Part shown: in pieces, positions 59,340-64,000 of the stretch
Numbering within the stretch: the first letter of the stretch is position 1
Layout of the letters: the number at the start of each line of letters is the position of its first letter
Source of the DNA: Halocafeteria seosinensis
Lineage: Eukaryota
Assembly (NCBI GenBank): GCA_001687465.1
Contig: LVLI01000196.1
Location: forward strand, 62,001-126,000
Length of the DNA stretch: 64,000 bases
Direction of reading: 5' to 3'
Program-made: the position numbers and the translations under genes
Notes under the pieces: model-generated
What the model saw: the letters and a program-made list of their open reading frames with translations, nothing else
The model's database searches: none
What the model was told of the DNA's origin: nothing

Positions 59340-62300
59340 TCAGAACTGGATGCCACACCAGCGTAGCAAGTTTCTGGTTTTGTCTGAGATCGCCAGTACA
59401 CCCGCATGAGAGGAGCGAGCAGAATGAACAACCAAATCCTGCACAATTTCGAGGGGAGTCTTTGTAGTACTGCTTTGATTCGTACGAGTATTGAGTAAGC
59501 GATAGAAGCCCTGCACTGCGTCAATCGGGAACTTCTTGCAAAAAATATTTTCTAGATAAGCGCTACGAGAGACGCATAAGGACGACAGTTTCGCAATCAC
59601 AGTGTACACCAGGGATAGCGACAATTCCTGTAGCAATGGGAATGACGCTCCAGCAGCGTATTGCTCTTCAGCCACTTGGAATAGTAGTAGCCCAACTTCG
59701 GACAGGTAGTGGATCTCAACTACTGTGGCGATTTCCATCCTCATTGATAACACAACAACACACTTCATGCATCTATGGCGCAAATTGAGATCTCCAAAGC
59801 CGAAAAACGCGGTAGCTTTGCGTAAACAGCGATCTACCTGGACTTTTTTCTCTGAATCAGACTGCTCTGGCATACCACACCTTGTTACAGAAGAACACAG
59901 TAGTTGCAGCGCAGCCACTATCATATCGCGTTTACCTTCTGGTAGAACACTCTCCGATACACGCAATTGTCTGTCCAGTATCGAGTCTACAACGGGATGA
60001 ATTTCAGACCATAGAGAAATCGACGGATCACTAAGAGAACAAACAGTTGTACCCCGCAAACATGCAGACATATAAGATATTAATTCACTTGGTCCAGAAG
60101 AGTGTTGAGACACTTCATCCGCCAGCTCCTTGCAAACAGATACGGCCTTTACAGAGCTACAGTATTCGTAAGAATCATTCTGCGGGTTAGAACGAAAGGC
60201 GTCAGGGCAATACGCAACTACTGCGCTAAGCGCATCCACAGCTGTTCCCTTGCCTGTCCAATATGGTCCTTTTAAAACCTGAACCAATGATGACGCTAAA
60301 TCGTCGGCATATCTAGTGAGTGCCGACGGGGAGGTGATCAGAGGTTGACGGGGATCGTATCCTACGGCAACGCCGCCTTCTAGCAACTGGCGTGCATCGT
60401 TCTTGTTATCCTCAGAAACTGAAGCGTATCCATATCTTTGCAAGAATCTCAAAAACAATTCATGAGGATCAGAAAACCCTATAGTTAACTTGTTTGGCCC
60501 CAACACACTACAATTTCCCATGATACTGGAATCATAGTTTTGTCCGTGGCTGGCTAAGGTGGTTGCTAAACAGACAATAGCTCTACCCGCCATTCGACGA
60601 TAAACCCAGTATTTGTCTTGTAGACGATTCTTACACTCGTCGACTACTTCCGCCAGGTGGGTGCGAAGTGCGGAAGAGTCAGAAAGGCCAACCTCGTCCC
60701 AAGCTTGCACCCAAGCCCCCTTCGCTTCATCTTCTTCGTCGAATTTGTTGATGTAAATGGTAGATATTACACCAGCGTCAATGTTGCTGTCAGCACCCTT
60801 CATTTTCTTCAGCACCTTCGACAAAGCATGCGCGATACCTTGTCTTTCTACGGGCGAAGCTTCTGCAACTCGATCTTTCAATGTCCTGACGGTTTTTCGC
60901 ACACTCTTGAACTTTGCAACAGGAGCTGTGTAGGCTAAACAGGAGCCAAGGGAGCGTTGAAGCACCAAAGGAGAGCCTTCCATAGCTGAAACAAATGAGT
61001 TCATCAACCCGGAAGAGTGATTTTCTAACAAGTGGGCGATGTTCTCGACAAGCTGAAGGTAAAAGTAGCAAGCTAGACCGCGAGTGGGCAATTGGTTCCC
61101 GTGGCCAATGGATTTTTTCACTATAGTTAGAAGCTGGTCCAAGATTGGTTCATCTGAATCGCTAGGCCCGCCCTCTGAAACTCCACGACGCGTGAGCTCA
61201 TCAGCTGGCATTTGCCGGATTTCATCAATGCAGGCGTTCAAGATGGCACCCATCTGTCCATCTCGCGCAGCATTAACACGATACGCTTCGATGTGTGATC
61301 CGGAGGGAAGGTTACCGTGGATCCCGGTCTGGGCATTGGCATGTGTTTGCAAGTAGCTCATCTCCGCGGGTTCTAACTGGGAGGCTCCTTGCAACGCGTT
61401 TTCAACCAACACAGGCATTAGTCTCCACATCGACCGACCAGCAATCTTGGCTAGTCTCACAGTGTAGTCAAGGCATGTTTCGCGTACTGCCTGAACACTG
61501 CTACTGATCGCATGAGGAGATGTCAAGAGATATGTCAATGCCGTTTCAACAGTTTTTCGTTGTTCAGAATTTATTTCCCTTTTCGAGCGCTTGAGGCTGC
61601 TCTTGGAAGGTTGCTGTTCAGAGTCTCCACCAAAGCGAAGCGTAACATTTCCTAGCTCTTTCACAACACTGTTTGCACAGTTTCGCACATCTTCATGTAC
61701 ATCATCCATTGCCCGCAGTACCATGCGCCACAATTCCCCCACATTATTTGCAAATGCAGCAAGCGAAAGGTACGGAAGTATACCACTAAGAGCGTAGATC
61801 GCAGATACACGCTGGCTCCAGTCATCACTTTCACATATAACGCTACAGCGCTGCAAAATACTGGAAGAGTATCTCCTTACTGTGTTGGCATGGTTGTCCA
61901 CTAAGAACGACCAAGCATGTTTCGAATACTCACGAAGACGTGCATGAGCCTCAAAAAGGTTGCAATAAAATCGAGGAATGATTATGTGGAAATACGGCTT
62001 CAATTCAGCCACAGATTTCTTCCTATGCAGAAAGTCTTCGCTTTTGGTGAGGTCCAATCCAGGTGGTAGCGCATGAACATCGTTTACCACAGCAAGCAGG
62101 TGGAAAAATATGAACGCGTCTTCACAAACCAGCGACAATTTCCAAAGCTCCATCAAACTCCTGTCTGAATGCAAAGCAGGCGGAAGAAATCCTTGGCTAA
62201 TGTTTTCCGAAAAAAGCTGAAGTTTCTCATGGCATGCTGTGATATGCGACAGCAAGGAAGACTTCAAGGTGTACTGCAAGCTTGTTCCACTCGTTACGAA

Positions 62301-64000
62301 CTCCGCCATGATGAGGTTTTTCAGGTTCTCCGAGATTCTTGTACGAACTTCCTCCGAGACAAATTCGGTGTCGAGAAACAGCCGGTGGGCGTAACCAGCC
62401 CCTCGCATGGATATTTGCCGAAGCAGTTCATCTTGGTGACAAAGAGAAGACAAAAAGACCATGTGCAATAGTTCAAGCCTTTCCGCGGTTGCTCTACATT
62501 TGTTCGTTGCCACGAGGAGACTGAGAAGCCAAATTAGCGTGGATTTCTTTTGAGTCTTGACCTTCGCTTGCACAAACATGAGCATAAGCTGATCATAGAG
62601 CCAACGAAGAGTATCCCCATCTTCAGCAGAAGATGAGCCTGAATTCAGATCCGTCAGAACGGCATGCTGCGATTCGAATCCCCGAGCCTGCAACGTACTA
62701 GCTTCCAGAAGCGAGTGCCCAACCTGAACCTGCAACATTTCATGCTTTACGTGTTCAAAGCGCAAGAGCATTCCAAGCACTTCGTAGTACAATCTCGAGC
62801 ACTTTATTGGTAAAAGTTGATACTCATTTTGAGAGCCTTTCCAATCCTCTAGACCAAAATTGCCATAGCGCATTTCGCCAGCAGCGATAGCACCTAGACA
62901 GCGAATGGCGTTGCACGCCATTTGCATGTTCGTACTTTGGTCTGAAATACACCTTTTTCGCATATCCTCCAATACCCGCAAGAAGTCTTCTAGTGGGTCT
63001 TCCGAGAGTGCCCACGATAGCGGGTAGTATCGACCGAGTACCATCAGCCCTATGGTTGCACCCCTGTTAACATCTTCCAGAGGAGACAGAAGGTAGGACA
63101 CCAACCTCTTTACCAAACCAGAAGTAGACTTCGACAATTCTTCTAAGCTAGTTGATTCCCTTTCGTGAGTCCAAAGACCAGCACATGTCCACCCAATGAA
63201 GCAAAGAGCACCATGTATCTCGTTAATCCTTTGAGCAGACAACGACTTCACGCTCTCACTATCTGGAATGCTTTCTTCAAACTCTTTAAGAGAGAACAAG
63301 GATTCATTCAATGGGTTGTTTCGGGACGAGATGCCGTAGAGAACGGCCGCATTTTCTCGTGGGTGAAGATAGGGCAGCTTCCCGAGCTGTTTAAACCACT
63401 GCAGAGCATTCTTGTTTCGATACTGTTCAGAAAAGTACGTTGGTACCATCCTTGCCAAGACGACCAGCACATCCGTAGATATACCACAAACTTCTTCACT
63501 GGGAAGCGTCGTTGTCAGACGCAACTGAGCCTCGGCCATCAATGCAAGCATGCGCATTGTGGATGCCGAAGAGAGAGCCGAAGAGCCATTGCCACTCTCT
63601 GTACCAACTGACATTCCAAGCAAGTATCCCCGAGGAGACAAACCACTGTTTACGGCTGAAGCTATCATTGTCGTCATCAAGAATTGCAACGCACACACAG
63701 TTCCACGTGGTCCAAGTGAAATGAAATTACTTCCATAAAGTAAGTCGGGAGTTAGGTTGTCGCCACAGAGGGACTCCACCTTTGCCTTAGACGCCTCCTG
63801 GCCACTGAAACAGATGTAAGATATAAGCGATGGAAAAGCAGGATAAAGAGGAGCGACTATATGAAACGGGGAATCAGCAGAAGCTGAGTTAGGATTCGCA
63901 GGCTCATATACCCTATCGTCTTGCCGTTGCTCTGGGACAAGCTGAATATCTCCGTCATCGTCGCTGTAAAGGTCTTCCTCTTCATTGGATTCCTTCTCTT
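59340..64000 (-). CDS. ECM29: Proteasome adapter and scaffold ECM29 (HEAT repeats), 5'-partial
   Basis: More than 1,479 aa of helical repeats with IIPRFY, WSQRVSAIYAL, LRAMDDVHEDVRNCA, SQLEPAEMSYL, IEAYRVNAAR, GPYWTGK, matching recalled ECM29 motifs. Confidence 0.8.
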   Translation of the reverse strand, partial: EKESNEEEDLYSDDDGDIQLVPEQRQDDRVYEPANPNSASADSPFHIVAPLYPAFPSLISYICFSGQEASKAKVESLCGDNLTPDLLYGSNFISLGPRGTVCALQFLMTTMIASAVNSGLSPRGYLLGMSVGTESGNGSSALSSASTMRMLALMAEAQLRLTTTLPSEEVCGISTDVLVVLARMVPTYFSEQYRNKNALQWFKQLGKLPYLHPRENAAVLYGISSRNNPLNESLFSLKEFEESIPDSESVKSLSAQRINEIHGALCFIGWTCAGLWTHERESTSLEELSKSTSGLVKRLVSYLLSPLEDVNRGATIGLMVLGRYYPLSWALSEDPLEDFLRVLEDMRKRCISDQSTNMQMACNAIRCLGAIAAGEMRYGNFGLEDWKGSQNEYQLLPIKCSRLYYEVLGMLLRFEHVKHEMLQVQVGHSLLEASTLQARGFESQHAVLTDLNSGSSSAEDGDTLRWLYDQLMLMFVQAKVKTQKKSTLIWLLSLLVATNKCRATAERLELLHMVFLSSLCHQDELLRQISMRGAGYAHRLFLDTEFVSEEVRTRISENLKNLIMAEFVTSGTSLQYTLKSSLLSHITACHEKLQLFSENISQGFLPPALHSDRSLMELWKLSLVCEDAFIFFHLLAVVNDVHALPPGLDLTKSEDFLHRKKSVAELKPYFHIIIPRFYCNLFEAHARLREYSKHAWSFLVDNHANTVRRYSSSILQRCSVICESDDWSQRVSAIYALSGILPYLSLAAFANNVGELWRMVLRAMDDVHEDVRNCANSVVKELGNVTLRFGGDSEQQPSKSSLKRSKREINSEQRKTVETALTYLLTSPHAISSSVQAVRETCLDYTVRLAKIAGRSMWRLMPVLVENALQGASQLEPAEMSYLQTHANAQTGIHGNLPSGSHIEAYRVNAARDGQMGAILNACIDEIRQMPADELTRRGVSEGGPSDSDEPILDQLLTIVKKSIGHGNQLPTRGLACYFYLQLVENIAHLLENHSSGLMNSFVSAMEGSPLVLQRSLGSCLAYTAPVAKFKSVRKTVRTLKDRVAEASPVERQGIAHALSKVLKKMKGADSNIDAGVISTIYINKFDEEDEAKGAWVQAWDEVGLSDSSALRTHLAEVVDECKNRLQDKYWVYRRMAGRAIVCLATTLASHGQNYDSSIMGNCSVLGPNKLTIGFSDPHELFLRFLQRYGYASVSEDNKNDARQLLEGGVAVGYDPRQPLITSPSALTRYADDLASSLVQVLKGPYWTGKGTAVDALSAVVAYCPDAFRSNPQNDSYEYCSSVKAVSVCKELADEVSQHSSGPSELISYMSACLRGTTVCSLSDPSISLWSEIHPVVDSILDRQLRVSESVLPEGKRDMIVAALQLLCSSVTRCGMPEQSDSEKKVQVDRCLRKATAFFGFGDLNLRHRCMKCVVVLSMRMEIATVVEIHYLSEVGLLLFQVAEEQYAAGASFPLLQELSLSLVYTVIAKLSSLCVSRSAYLENIFCKKFPIDAVQGFYRLLNTRTNQSSTTKTPLEIVQDLVVHSARSSHAGVLAISDKTRNLLRWCGIQF

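Overview
Gene-dense eukaryotic (probably protist; lineage not determinable here) genomic DNA with short GT-AG introns of roughly 50-80 bp and very short intergenic spacers. About 1-46.7 kb and 59.3-64 kb hold mostly housekeeping genes: an ankyrin-FYVE protein, a DP transcription factor, GPN1, SYF1/XAB2, BCKDH E1-alpha, a TALE homeobox gene, a FAAL-ACP fusion, COX11, PWP1, an exportin-4-like gene, PFDN4, an OSBP-related protein, IDI, CWC15 and ECM29. There are also two tandem paralog pairs of unknown function. About 46.8-59.2 kb is an accessory island with two intronless NACHT(STAND)-ankyrin NLR-like paralogs. One of them sits head-to-head with an intronless class IV-like sirtuin. A 2,227-bp hAT transposon with perfect 15-bp TIRs, an 8-bp TSD and an internally deleted transposase lies between the paralogs. 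The NLR-like/sirtuin island is the best candidate for an undescribed, possibly immune, system. Other notable items are a hidden anchorless R-SNARE at the end of the ankyrin-FYVE protein, a stand-alone FAAL-ACP with a Cys-rich tail, and an IPP isomerase with an apparent N-terminal membrane anchor. All family calls come from motif recognition by eye, with no database searches, and exon boundaries are manual predictions.
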